Positions 19,795 to 28,334 of a stretch of DNA of 32,000 nt are shown piece by piece. The DNA comes from Pasteurella multocida (GTDB taxonomy: Bacteria > Pseudomonadota > Gammaproteobacteria > Enterobacterales > Pasteurellaceae): assembly GCF_900187275.1 (NCBI RefSeq), contig NZ_LT906458.1, positions 2,190,001 through 2,222,000 of the forward strand, given 5' to 3'. The notes beneath the pieces are model-generated. The model worked only from the letters and a program-made list of their open reading frames with translations. It searched no databases and was not told the origin of the DNA. Numbering within the stretch: position 1 is the stretch's first letter; each line of letters starts with the position of its first letter. The position numbers and the translations under genes were made by a program.

Positions 19795-21129
19795 ATGTGG
19801 CGAGCATTCAGAAAAATATCTTTTGTGTACTTTTTATGTGGGGTTGCTTATGTTGGAAGTAGTCAAGCACAAGACGCAGAACATTTTTATTTACGTTTAA
19901 AACAAGCGCCTTTAGTCGAAATGTTACAGTATTTAGCATTGCAACAACATCAGGATTTGTTAATCGATGATCATTTAGAGGGCACATTATCATTACAGAT
20001 GAAAAAGACAACCTTTGAGAAATGTTTACAGTCGATTGCAAGAATGAAACAACTTGAGTTACATCAAGAAGGAAAATCCTATTATTTAACTTCCCCTTCA
20101 GGTGTTGCAGCAAACGATACTCATCATCCTACGTCATTGATGACATCTTCAATAAAATTGCATTTTGCCAAAGCTGCAGAGGTGGTGAAATCTTTAACTT
20201 CAGGGCAGGGAAGTTTACTTTCTGTCGGGGGGAGTTTGAGTTTTGATGAGCGGACTAATTTACTGCTGATTCAGGATGAACCGCAATCAATACAGCGTAT
20301 TAAAGCATTAGTAGCAGAAATGGATAAACCCATTGAACAAATTGCGATCGAAGCTAGGATTGTGACGATGACAGACGAAAGTTTGCAGGAACTTGGTGTA
20401 AGATGGGGGCTATTTCAAGCAACAGAACAGGCACATACTATTGCAGGGAGTTTAGCCGCGAACGGCTTTTCGAATATAGAAAACCAATTAAATGTGAATT
20501 TCTCGACCAATAGTGCACCTGTTGGTTCCATCGCCTTACAGTTGGCGAAAATAAATGGTCGATTATTAGACTTGGAATTAACTGCCTTGGAGCGAGAAAA
20601 GCATATTGAGATTATTGCGAGTCCTCGTTTATTAACAACGAATAAAAAAAGTGCCAGTATCAAACAAGGGACGGAAATTCCTTATGTGATGAAACGGGGA
20701 AAAGATAAAAGCGAATCGGTGGAATTTCGAGAAGCTGTATTGGGTTTAGATGTGACACCGCATATCTCAAAAGACAACTCGATTTTATTAGATTTATTGA
20801 TTACACAAAATACATTAGGTGCACCGGTAGTGTATGATAAAGGCGAAATTGTTTCGATCGATAAACAGGAAATCAATACTCAAGTCGTCGCTCAAGATGG
20901 TGAAACCATCGTTTTAGGTGGGGTGTTTCATGATACGATGACAAAGGGAGTCAATAAAGTACCACTACTAGGGGATTTGCCTTTGCTTAAACATGTGTTT
21001 AGCCAGAAAACTGAACGTCATCAAAAGCGGGAATTAGTGATTTTTGTCACTCCTCATATTATCAAACCTAGCCAAGGTTCGCCTGAACAAAAAACAACAA
21101 GAGTTAAAAAATCTGCAAAATCGAGGTGA
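19795..21129 (+). CDS. comE: Competence secretin ComE (PilQ/HofQ family outer-membrane DNA-uptake pore)
   Basis: 444-aa ORF with a signal peptide and the secretin C-domain motifs (ASPRLLTTNKKSASIKQGTEIPY, VPLLGDLPLLKHVFS, ELVIFVTPHII). Confidence 0.9.
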   Translation: MWRAFRKISFVYFLCGVAYVGSSQAQDAEHFYLRLKQAPLVEMLQYLALQQHQDLLIDDHLEGTLSLQMKKTTFEKCLQSIARMKQLELHQEGKSYYLTSPSGVAANDTHHPTSLMTSSIKLHFAKAAEVVKSLTSGQGSLLSVGGSLSFDERTNLLLIQDEPQSIQRIKALVAEMDKPIEQIAIEARIVTMTDESLQELGVRWGLFQATEQAHTIAGSLAANGFSNIENQLNVNFSTNSAPVGSIALQLAKINGRLLDLELTALEREKHIEIIASPRLLTTNKKSASIKQGTEIPYVMKRGKDKSESVEFREAVLGLDVTPHISKDNSILLDLLITQNTLGAPVVYDKGEIVSIDKQEINTQVVAQDGETIVLGGVFHDTMTKGVNKVPLLGDLPLLKHVFSQKTERHQKRELVIFVTPHIIKPSQGSPEQKTTRVKKSAKSR

Positions 21130-21175
21130 CTTTTGTTCACATTAAGTAAATATCAGAAATAAATAAGCATTGAGG

Positions 21176-21205
21176 TTGAAAAAGGGGGCAATTTATTGCG
21201 ATAAT
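21176..21205 (+). promoter_or_regulatory. Candidate sigma-70 promoter for aroK-aroB-dam
   Basis: TTGAAA (21176-21181), an 18-bp spacer, then the extended -10 TGcGATAAT (21197-21205). This lies about 105 nt upstream of the aroK ATG, in the largest intergenic gap of the cluster. Confidence 0.35.
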
Positions 21206-21311
21206 CTCAATTATTTTTTGGGTGATCTTTCTGCGGCCGATAAGGGTCGCTTCTCTATTTTGTAAAAGATCATAATTATCAATGTATTAATGAAAAGAAG
21301 AAAAATTAGAG

Positions 21312-21839
21312 ATGGCAGAAAAGCGTAATATTTTCTTAATTGGACCAATGGGCGCGGGTAAAAGTACGATTGGCCGCCAATTAGCACAGCTATTAAGTAT
21401 GGACTTTGTGGATTCGGATAATGAAATTGAACAACGAGCGGGTGCTGATATTAGTTGGATTTTTGATGTTGAAGGTGAAGACGGTTTTCGTAAGCGTGAA
21501 GAACGCATTATTAATGAATTAACACAAAGACAAGGGATCGTGTTATCTACAGGTGGTGGCGCGGTGTTATCGAAAGAAAATCGTAATCACTTATCAGCAC
21601 GGGGTATCGTGATTTATTTAGAAACGACGGTAGAGAAACAATATCAGCGTACCCAGCGTGATAAAAAACGCCCTCTTTTGCAAGAGGTTGAGGATCCCCG
21701 TCAAGTCCTTGAGGATTTAGCAAAAATTCGTAATCCTTTGTATGAAGAAATTGCCGATATCACCTTACCTACTGATGAACAAAGCGCTAAGGTAATGGCA
21801 ACGCAAATTGTCGATTTAATTGATAATCTTCACGGTTAG
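21312..21839 (+). CDS. aroK: Shikimate kinase I
   Basis: 175-aa ORF with [25 protein letters not shown] (P-loop) and the DSD and STGGG motifs. Confidence 0.95.
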   Translation: MAEKRNIFLIGPMGAGKSTIGRQLAQLLSMDFVDSDNEIEQRAGADISWIFDVEGEDGFRKREERIINELTQRQGIVLSTGGGAVLSKENRNHLSARGIVIYLETTVEKQYQRTQRDKKRPLLQEVEDPRQVLEDLAKIRNPLYEEIADITLPTDEQSAKVMATQIVDLIDNLHG

Positions 21840-21855
21840 ATAAGTAGGGTAAAGC

Positions 21856-22944
21856 ATGTTGTGTGTAAATGTTGAGTTAAAAGAGCGCCGTTATCCAATT
21901 TATATTGGTTCGGGATTACTTTCGAATGAAAAATGCTATCCTTTAAAATCTGGCGACAAAGTCATGATTGTGACGAACCCAACGATTGCACAACATTATC
22001 TTTCTCAAGTGACAGACACCTTGGTGAAAAAAGGCTGTTTGGTTGAACATGTATTCTTATCAGATGGTGAACAATATAAAACACTAGACTCGTTAAATCT
22101 TATTTTTACAGCACTGTTGCAAGGAAATCATGGCAGAGATACGACGATTATTGCTCTCGGTGGTGGTGTGATCGGCGATGTTGCAGGTTATGCGGCGGCG
22201 AGTTATCAACGAGGTGTGCGTTTTATTCAAATTCCAACGACCTTATTAGCGCAAGTTGATTCGTCCGTAGGGGGAAAAACCGCGGTCAATCATGCGCTTG
22301 GTAAAAATATGATCGGTGCGTTCTATCAACCTTGTACGGTGATCATCGATACATTAACCTTAAACAGTTTACCAAAACGAGAAATCAATGCAGGCTTAGC
22401 TGAAGTGATTAAGTATGGCGCGATTTTAGATCTGCCGTTCTTTACTTGGTTGGAACAAAATATTGATAGTCTAGTGGCACGAGATCCAGACAATTTACAA
22501 ACCTGTATTGCACGCTGTTGTCAAATTAAGGCAGATGTTGTCGCGCGCGATGAAACGGAAAAAGGCGATCGCGCTTTATTAAATTTAGGGCATACATTTG
22601 GTCATGCGATTGAAACCCACTTAGGGTATGGGCATTGGTTACACGGTGAAGCAGTGGCGGTTGGGATGCTAATGGCTGCGGTACTTTCAGAAAAACTGGG
22701 GAATTTGACGAAGACTGATGTGGCACGTCTTGAAAGATTGCTAGCTCGAGCCAACTTACCGACAGTCTCACCAGATACTATGCAACCTGAAGATTATTTA
22801 CCACATATGCTACGCGATAAAAAAGTGCTCGCTGGAAAATTGCGTCTCGTCTTATTAGCGTCTTTAGGTCAGGCTTATGTCGCAACAGATACTGATCCAG
22901 CGTTAGTGCTAGATGCTATTCGTTGTTGTACGCAGGTTAATTGA
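21856..22944 (+). CDS. aroB: 3-dehydroquinate synthase
   Basis: 362-aa ORF with the [17 protein letters not shown]-binding motif, [18 protein letters not shown] and [12 protein letters not shown]. Confidence 0.95.
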   Translation: MLCVNVELKERRYPIYIGSGLLSNEKCYPLKSGDKVMIVTNPTIAQHYLSQVTDTLVKKGCLVEHVFLSDGEQYKTLDSLNLIFTALLQGNHGRDTTIIALGGGVIGDVAGYAAASYQRGVRFIQIPTTLLAQVDSSVGGKTAVNHALGKNMIGAFYQPCTVIIDTLTLNSLPKREINAGLAEVIKYGAILDLPFFTWLEQNIDSLVARDPDNLQTCIARCCQIKADVVARDETEKGDRALLNLGHTFGHAIETHLGYGHWLHGEAVAVGMLMAAVLSEKLGNLTKTDVARLERLLARANLPTVSPDTMQPEDYLPHMLRDKKVLAGKLRLVLLASLGQAYVATDTDPALVLDAIRCCTQVN

Positions 22945-22947
22945 TTC

Positions 22948-23853
22948 ATGCCACCTCGTCGAAAATGCCCGGTTAAGCGCCCCGCTATTGTTGGTAAGAA
23001 AAAAGCAAAATTAATCCCTATTAAACACCGCCCCTTTTTGAAGTGGGCAGGTGGTAAATTTCGCCTATCTGATGAAATCAATAAACTGTTGCCCAAAACG
23101 AATCAATGCTTAATTGAGCCCTTTGTTGGAGCGGGTGCGGTCTTTTTGAATACTAATTTTGAACGTTATATTTTGGCGGATATTAATCCAGACTTGATTA
23201 ACTTGTTTAACTTTGTCAAAAACGACGTTGAGCATTATATTAATGCGAGCAAGCCACTTTTCTTCCACCCTGAAGCCAATACCAGTACGTTTTATTATGC
23301 AAAGCGTACACAGTTTAATCTTTCCAAAGATCCATTTGAACGATCAGTGATTTTTTTATACTTGAATCGTTTTGGTTTTAATGGACTTTGTCGCTACAAT
23401 TCTAAAAATGAATTTAATGTGCCGTTTGGTACGTATAAAAGACATTACTTTCCAGAAAATGAGCTCCGTTATTTTGCGGAAAAAGCACAAAATGCAGAGT
23501 TTATTTGTGCGGATTTCCAACAAACCTTTTCTTTGGCTGATGAAAAATCGATTATTTATTGTGATCCACCTTATGCACCATTAATTCAGGACAGTAATTT
23601 TACCAGTTACGCTGGCAATGAATTCTCTTCACTGCACCAACAAATGCTTGCTGAGTTAGCTCGAAAAACAGCCGAAGAGCGCCAGATTTCGGTAGTAATT
23701 TCGAATCATGATACGCCGTTTACGCGACAGATTTACCAGAATGCTAAAATTAAAGCTCTGAAAGTACAGCGTTCAATTAGTCATCAATCAGCACGCCGGA
23801 TTAAAGTGGCAGAATTAATTGCAGTATTCAAAGGGACACCTCTTGCTAAGTAA
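22948..23853 (+). CDS. dam: DNA adenine methyltransferase (GATC-specific Dam)
   Basis: It carries FLKWAGGKFRL, EPFVGAGAVFLN (the AdoMet motif) and the catalytic DPPY. Its ATG lies 3 nt after the aroB stop. The ORF has a basic extension of about 25 aa upstream of the conserved FLKWAGGK start region. Confidence 0.9.
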   Translation: MPPRRKCPVKRPAIVGKKKAKLIPIKHRPFLKWAGGKFRLSDEINKLLPKTNQCLIEPFVGAGAVFLNTNFERYILADINPDLINLFNFVKNDVEHYINASKPLFFHPEANTSTFYYAKRTQFNLSKDPFERSVIFLYLNRFGFNGLCRYNSKNEFNVPFGTYKRHYFPENELRYFAEKAQNAEFICADFQQTFSLADEKSIIYCDPPYAPLIQDSNFTSYAGNEFSSLHQQMLAELARKTAEERQISVVISNHDTPFTRQIYQNAKIKALKVQRSISHQSARRIKVAELIAVFKGTPLAK

Positions 23854-23899
23854 TCAAGAAGACGATCGCTTTGTGCTGGCTTTGATGTGAAAAGAGACG

Positions 23900-24205
23900 T
23901 TAACAAAAGAGATTAGGCGTGATAGTGAATTTTATTTTTTTCACTTCAGGATAGTCTTGATGAATGCGTGCTAATATCGTTTTTTGTTCAAACAATAAAG
24001 CTTGTCGTACACTGGCATTGGCAACATCTAAATAAAGCGTATCCTGTTCTAAATTCGCGACGTTATACAAGCCTTGATATTGTTGAGGAATACGTTGTTG
24101 TAAATGCAAATTTAAGGCATTTAAAAACAGACCTTTTTTCATGATCTTCGCTAAACTGGAGTTTTCTAACAGCTCGATAACGTTAACCGGTTTTTCATAT
24201 CGCAT
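23900..24205 (-). CDS. dciA: DUF721-family protein, probable DciA-type replicative helicase operator
   Basis: 101-aa ORF. The C-terminal pattern LYLDVANASVRQALLFEQKTILARIHQDYPEVKKIKFTITP follows the DUF721 signature (L-x-V-x-hydrophobic, W/V-A-x-x-L-x-F, final I-x-F-x-V/I-x-P). It is divergent from secA, as DUF721 genes are in several gammaproteobacteria. The call was made by eye. Confidence 0.6.
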   Translation of the reverse strand: MRYEKPVNVIELLENSSLAKIMKKGLFLNALNLHLQQRIPQQYQGLYNVANLEQDTLYLDVANASVRQALLFEQKTILARIHQDYPEVKKIKFTITPNLFC

Positions 24206-24238
24206 GGGCTTGTTTTCTCACTTTTTACCTCAATATTT

Positions 24239-24267
24239 ATGACATTGTAGCGAATTTCCGCTACAAT
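24239..24267 (+). promoter_or_regulatory. Candidate sigma-70 promoter for secM-secA, embedded in a perfect inverted repeat
   Basis: ATGACA (24239-24244), a 17-bp spacer, then TACAAT (24262-24267), about 28 nt upstream of the secM ATG. The -10 hexamer is the right arm of the palindrome ATTGTAGCG-N6-CGCTACAAT (24244-24267). Confidence 0.4.
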
Positions 24268-24294
24268 ACGAGAGATTTTTTTACAGTAGGCGAG

Positions 24295-24609
24295 ATGATG
24301 GTTCTAACGAAAGGTAAGCATAATTTTTGGTCGCGATTACTCTTGAGTATGATTGCGATTTTTGCATTACCGCAGTCACAAGAATTGAGCACACCAACAG
24401 GCTTACCTCATGAGAATCATCGTTCATCTCAGCTGATTCAACAGCAGATTTCACATACGATTGCGATTGCGCAACATGTTCAACAACAGTCATATCATCT
24501 GATTGTTCCACCTCAAAATAAGCCTTATGTGAGGCAAAATCAGGCATTTTTTGCGTCAATCCTTACTTATTCACTGCCACCTATTCGTGCGGGTCCGATT
24601 AGCGTCTAA
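24295..24609 (+). CDS. secM: SecM-like secretion monitor (translation-arrest leader peptide regulating secA)
   Basis: 104-aa ORF immediately upstream of secA. Its signal peptide, NFWSRLLLSMIAIFALP, resembles E. coli SecM YFWPHLLLGMVAASLGLP. The C-terminus, FFASILTYSLPPIRAGPISV-stop, contains the IRAGP arrest core, with Phe at -16 and -15 relative to the arrest Pro. The stop follows 3 codons after the Pro; in E. coli it follows after 4. Confidence 0.8.
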   Translation: MMVLTKGKHNFWSRLLLSMIAIFALPQSQELSTPTGLPHENHRSSQLIQQQISHTIAIAQHVQQQSYHLIVPPQNKPYVRQNQAFFASILTYSLPPIRAGPISV

Positions 24610-24692
24610 CTTAACTCGTTGACTTATTTACTCTGTTTTGTATTGAACGGCAAAGCAGATCCGTTATTCATTTTATAAGAAAGAAAAAAATT

Positions 24693-27380
24693 ATGTTTAG
24701 AAGTATTCTCACCAAAATTTTTGGCAGCCGTAATGATCGGATTTTACGTCGATTGAATAAAATTGTTATTAAGATTAATCAGTTAGAGCCTGAGTTTGAA
24801 GCCTTAAGCGATGATGATTTAAAAGCGAAGACTGATGCCTTTAAAGCACGTTTAGCACAGGGCGAAACATTAGAGCAACTTTTACCTGAAGCATTTGCCA
24901 CAGTGCGTGAAGCAAGCAAACGTGTATTAGGCATGCGTCATTTTGATGTGCAATTGTTGGGGGGAATGGTACTGACTAACCGTTGTATTGCGGAGATGCG
25001 TACAGGGGAAGGGAAAACATTAACCGCGACCTTACCTTGCTATTTAAATGCGCTAACGGGGAAAGGTGTGCATGTTGTGACGGTGAATGACTATTTAGCT
25101 CGTCGAGATGCGGAAACGAATCGCCCACTTTTTGAATTTTTAGGTATGACGGTGGGCGTGAATGTTCCTGGTTTATCACCAGAGCAAAAACGTGAAGCTT
25201 ATGCGGCAGATGTAACATATGCAACTAATAGTGAATTAGGTTTTGATTATTTACGTGATAATTTAGCCCATACTGCACAAGAACGTTTTCAACGTTATTT
25301 ACATTATGCGTTAGTGGATGAGGTGGATTCTATTTTAATTGATGAAGCCAGAACGCCGTTGATTATTTCAGGGCAAGCTGAAGACAGCTCAGAATTGTAT
25401 ATGACGGTTGATAAATTGATTCCGAATTTAATCAAACAAGATAAAGAAGACTCAGAAGAATATCAAGGTGAAGGAGACTTCACTTTAGACTTAAAAACCA
25501 AGCAAGCGCATTTAACTGAGCGAGGTCAAGAGAAAGTCGAACAATGGCTGACTGAACAAGGGTTAATGAGTGCGGAGGAATCTTTGTATTCGCCGTCAAA
25601 AATTTCCTTGTTGCATCATGTGTACGCGGCATTACGTGCCCATACTTTATTTGAGCGTGATGTGGATTACATCGTGAAAGACGGTGAAATCGTGATTGTT
25701 GACGAGCACACTGGTCGTACTATGGCGGGTCGTCGTTGGTCAGACGGCTTACACCAAGCGATTGAAGCCAAAGAAGGTGTGCGCATTCAAAGCGAGAACC
25801 AGACTGTTGCCTCAATCACCTACCAAAACTATTTCCGCTTGTATGAAAAACTAGCAGGGATGACCGGTACTGCGGACACTGAAGCCTTTGAGTTCCAACA
25901 AATTTATGGGTTAGAAACTATTGTCGTGCCAACCAATCGTCCGATGATTCGTGATGATCGTACTGACGTCATGTTCGAGAATGAAGAGTATAAATTTAAT
26001 GCGATTATTGAGGACATCAAAGATTGTGTGGCACGTAATCAACCGGTGTTAGTCGGGACAATCTCCATTGAAAAATCAGAATTACTCTCTCATGCATTGA
26101 AAAAAGCCGGCATTAAACACAATGTGCTAAATGCGAAATTCCACGCACAGGAAGCCGAAATCGTGGCAAACGCCGGGTATCCAGGTACGGTGACGATTGC
26201 CACCAATATGGCAGGTCGTGGTACAGATATTGTACTAGGTGGTAACTGGAAAGCCGAAATTGCGAAGTTGGACAATCCGACAGAATCACAAATTGAGGCA
26301 ATTCATACTGCTTGGAAAGCGCGTCATGAGATCGTGAAAGCCGCGGGGGGATTGCATATTATTGGAACGGAACGTCATGAGTCACGTCGTATTGATAATC
26401 AGTTGCGCGGTCGTTCTGGTCGTCAAGGTGACCCAGGATCTTCACGTTTCTATTTATCGTTAGATGACGCGCTGATGCGTATTTATCTAAATGAAGGTAA
26501 GTTAAACTTAATGCGCAAGGCCTTTAGCACTGCAGGCGAAGCGATGGAGTCAAAAATGTTGACCAAAGTGATTGCCTCCGCACAAGCTAAAGTGGAAGCG
26601 CATAACTTTGATGGTCGTAAAAACTTACTTGAGTTTGATGATGTTGCTAATGACCAACGTCATGCTATTTATGCACAACGTAATACGTTGTTAGATAATG
26701 AGGATATTTCTGACACGATTGATGTGATTCGCGCGGATGTCTTTAATCAAGTGATTGATCAATATATTCCACCACAATCTTTAGAAGAAATGTGGGATGT
26801 ACCTGCACTAGAGCAACGTTTGAAACATGACTTTGCCTTAGATTTACCGCTTGAAAAATGGTTAGAAGAAGATAATCATTTTGATGAAGATGCATTACGT
26901 CAGCGTGTATTAGATGCAGCGATTGAGGAATACAAGCAAAAAGAAAGCATTGTGGGTGAACAAACCATGCGTAGCTTTGAAAAAGGCGTGATGTTACAAA
27001 CTCTTGATGAATTGTGGAAAGAACATTTATCAGCAATGGATCATTTACGTCGTGGTATCCATTTGCGTGGTTATGCACAAAAAGATCCAAAACAGGAATA
27101 CAAAAAAGAATGTTTCCAAATGTTTACGGATATGCTTGATGCCTTGAAGTTGAGTGTTGTGACGACGTTAAGTCGTGTACAAGTACGTACACAAGAAGAA
27201 GTTGAACAAGCGGAGCGTCAGCGTCAAGAGATGGCAAAACGCGAAACGGCCAGTATGCAATATAATGCAGATGAAGACAGTGGCGAAGAGAGCACACGTC
27301 GTGTGGGACGAAATGAGCCATGTCCTTGTGGGTCTGGCAAGAAATATAAACATTGCCATGGCAGTAAAGCTAAATATTAA
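24693..27380 (+). CDS. secA: Preprotein translocase ATPase SecA
   Basis: 895-aa ORF with Walker A ([14 protein letters not shown]), the DEAD-like [31 protein letters not shown] and the C-terminal zinc finger [14 protein letters not shown]. Confidence 0.97.
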   Translation: MFRSILTKIFGSRNDRILRRLNKIVIKINQLEPEFEALSDDDLKAKTDAFKARLAQGETLEQLLPEAFATVREASKRVLGMRHFDVQLLGGMVLTNRCIAEMRTGEGKTLTATLPCYLNALTGKGVHVVTVNDYLARRDAETNRPLFEFLGMTVGVNVPGLSPEQKREAYAADVTYATNSELGFDYLRDNLAHTAQERFQRYLHYALVDEVDSILIDEARTPLIISGQAEDSSELYMTVDKLIPNLIKQDKEDSEEYQGEGDFTLDLKTKQAHLTERGQEKVEQWLTEQGLMSAEESLYSPSKISLLHHVYAALRAHTLFERDVDYIVKDGEIVIVDEHTGRTMAGRRWSDGLHQAIEAKEGVRIQSENQTVASITYQNYFRLYEKLAGMTGTADTEAFEFQQIYGLETIVVPTNRPMIRDDRTDVMFENEEYKFNAIIEDIKDCVARNQPVLVGTISIEKSELLSHALKKAGIKHNVLNAKFHAQEAEIVANAGYPGTVTIATNMAGRGTDIVLGGNWKAEIAKLDNPTESQIEAIHTAWKARHEIVKAAGGLHIIGTERHESRRIDNQLRGRSGRQGDPGSSRFYLSLDDALMRIYLNEGKLNLMRKAFSTAGEAMESKMLTKVIASAQAKVEAHNFDGRKNLLEFDDVANDQRHAIYAQRNTLLDNEDISDTIDVIRADVFNQVIDQYIPPQSLEEMWDVPALEQRLKHDFALDLPLEKWLEEDNHFDEDALRQRVLDAAIEEYKQKESIVGEQTMRSFEKGVMLQTLDELWKEHLSAMDHLRRGIHLRGYAQKDPKQEYKKECFQMFTDMLDALKLSVVTTLSRVQVRTQEEVEQAERQRQEMAKRETASMQYNADEDSGEESTRRVGRNEPCPCGSGKKYKHCHGSKAKY

Positions 27381-27412
27381 TCTTGTGTATAAGATGATTT
27401 AAGTAGATATAA

Positions 27413-27421
27413 AAGTGCGGT
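27413..27421 (+). repeat. Uptake signal sequence (Hin-type USS), left member of an inverted pair
   Basis: Exact AAGTGCGGT. Confidence 0.9.
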
Positions 27422-27447
27422 ATGTTTTTAAAAAATTTTTAAAACTG

Positions 27448-27456
27448 ACCGCACTT
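27448..27456 (-). repeat. Uptake signal sequence (Hin-type USS), right member of an inverted pair
   Basis: Exact ACCGCACTT, the reverse complement of AAGTGCGGT. Confidence 0.9.
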
Positions 27457-27472
27457 TTTTTAAGGATACATC

Positions 27473-27874
27473 ATGACAAAACCTTTAGTTCACGTTGCAG
27501 CAGGCATTATTCGTAATGAGTTTGGTCAGATTTATGTTACGCAGCGTTTAGAAGGGCAAGATTTTGCCCAAGCATTGGAGTTTCCCGGTGGAAAAGTGGA
27601 CGATGGCGAAAGTCCGGAACAAGCGTTAAGACGTGAGTTAGAAGAGGAAATTGGCATACATATTTTAAATGCGACACTTTATGAGCGTTTTCAGTTTGAA
27701 TATCCAACTAAAATGATTTCTTTTTATTTCTATCTCGTTGATGAATGGGTTGGTGAACCTTTTGGTCGTGAAGGACAAGCTGGATTTTGGGTCGCACAAA
27801 ACGAACTGGATGCCGGGCAATTTCCACCTGCGAATGTAAAATTAATCCAACGGTTACTGGCCGAGAATCGTTAG
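27473..27874 (+). CDS. mutT: 8-oxo-dGTP diphosphatase (Nudix hydrolase MutT)
   Basis: 133-aa ORF with the Nudix box GGKVDDGESPEQALRRELEEEIGI. It sits immediately downstream of secA, as in E. coli. An AAGGA RBS is present. Confidence 0.85.
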   Translation: MTKPLVHVAAGIIRNEFGQIYVTQRLEGQDFAQALEFPGGKVDDGESPEQALRRELEEEIGIHILNATLYERFQFEYPTKMISFYFYLVDEWVGEPFGREGQAGFWVAQNELDAGQFPPANVKLIQRLLAENR

Positions 27875-27896
27875 TAATAGGTTGTCTTATATCAAC

Positions 27897-27922
27897 AAAA
27901 CCCCTGTTAATACAGGGGTTTT
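27897..27922. terminator. Bidirectional rho-independent terminator between mutT and the convergent 88-aa gene
   Basis: AAAACCCCTGT (27897-27907), loop TAAT, ACAGGGGTTTT (27912-27922). A- and T-runs flank the GC-rich stem on both sides. Confidence 0.7.
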
Positions 27923-27939
27923 GTGTTTGCGTTGAGTAA

Positions 27940-28206
27940 TTATTTTTTACCCATCATGCTTTGCATTTGTTTCAATTGCTCAGCAGCCTGATTACAGGTT
28001 TGTTCTTGCATGTCTTTCGGTAAGGCTAAGAACTGTTGTTTGGCGCTGTCATACTGTTGTTTGATCATAGTCGCTTGTTCTGCAGGGACATTTTTAAGAA
28101 AAGTCTCGTAATCAGCGAAATATTTTTCACAAGCTGGTGCAAGTTCTGCTGCGGAAACTGTCACAGAAAACGCAGAGAAGGTCATGATTGCAACTAATTT
28201 TTTCAT
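27940..28206 (-). CDS. Small secreted/periplasmic hypothetical protein (88 aa, two Cys)
   Basis: It has a clear Sec signal peptide (MKKLVAIMTFSAFSVTVSA-AE) and an AAGGA RBS. It sits between a terminator and an AT-rich upstream region. The mature part is helical and Q/K-rich, with Cys26 and Cys71. Confidence 0.6.
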   Translation of the reverse strand: MKKLVAIMTFSAFSVTVSAAELAPACEKYFADYETFLKNVPAEQATMIKQQYDSAKQQFLALPKDMQEQTCNQAAEQLKQMQSMMGKK

Positions 28207-28334
28207 AGTAAGTCCTTAATAACGTGTTTTATGTATAAAAAATCGCCTAAAGGCAAGGCATTATAACGGATAATTAAACAATGTAAAAAACAAAATATGC
28301 CGATGCGAGAGTAAGAATAGGCTGATTTAGCTTA

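Larger units (their letters stand above)
27411..27461 (+). terminator. secA terminator formed by an inverted USS pair
   Basis: AAAAGTGCGGT (27411-27421) and ACCGCACTTTT (27448-27458) form an 11-bp stem around an AT-rich 26-nt loop, and are followed by a T-run. This is the classic Haemophilus arrangement of a USS-pair terminator. Confidence 0.7.

Noticed and set aside
24281-24559. A 92-aa minus-strand ORF overlapping the secM region.
   Set aside because: The plus-strand frame carries a signal peptide resembling SecM and the IRAGP arrest motif just before secA. The minus-strand frame has no RBS and no recognisable features. Only one of the two is likely to be real.
24562-24683. A long-range pairing, CTTACTTAT/ATAAGAAAG, considered as the secA SD-sequestering helix.
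   Set aside because: It is only 9 bp, AU-rich, and has one mismatch. Its 5-prime arm lies behind the predicted stalled ribosome rather than beneath it. It is mentioned within the secM-secA spacer finding (24610-24692) but is not called as a feature.
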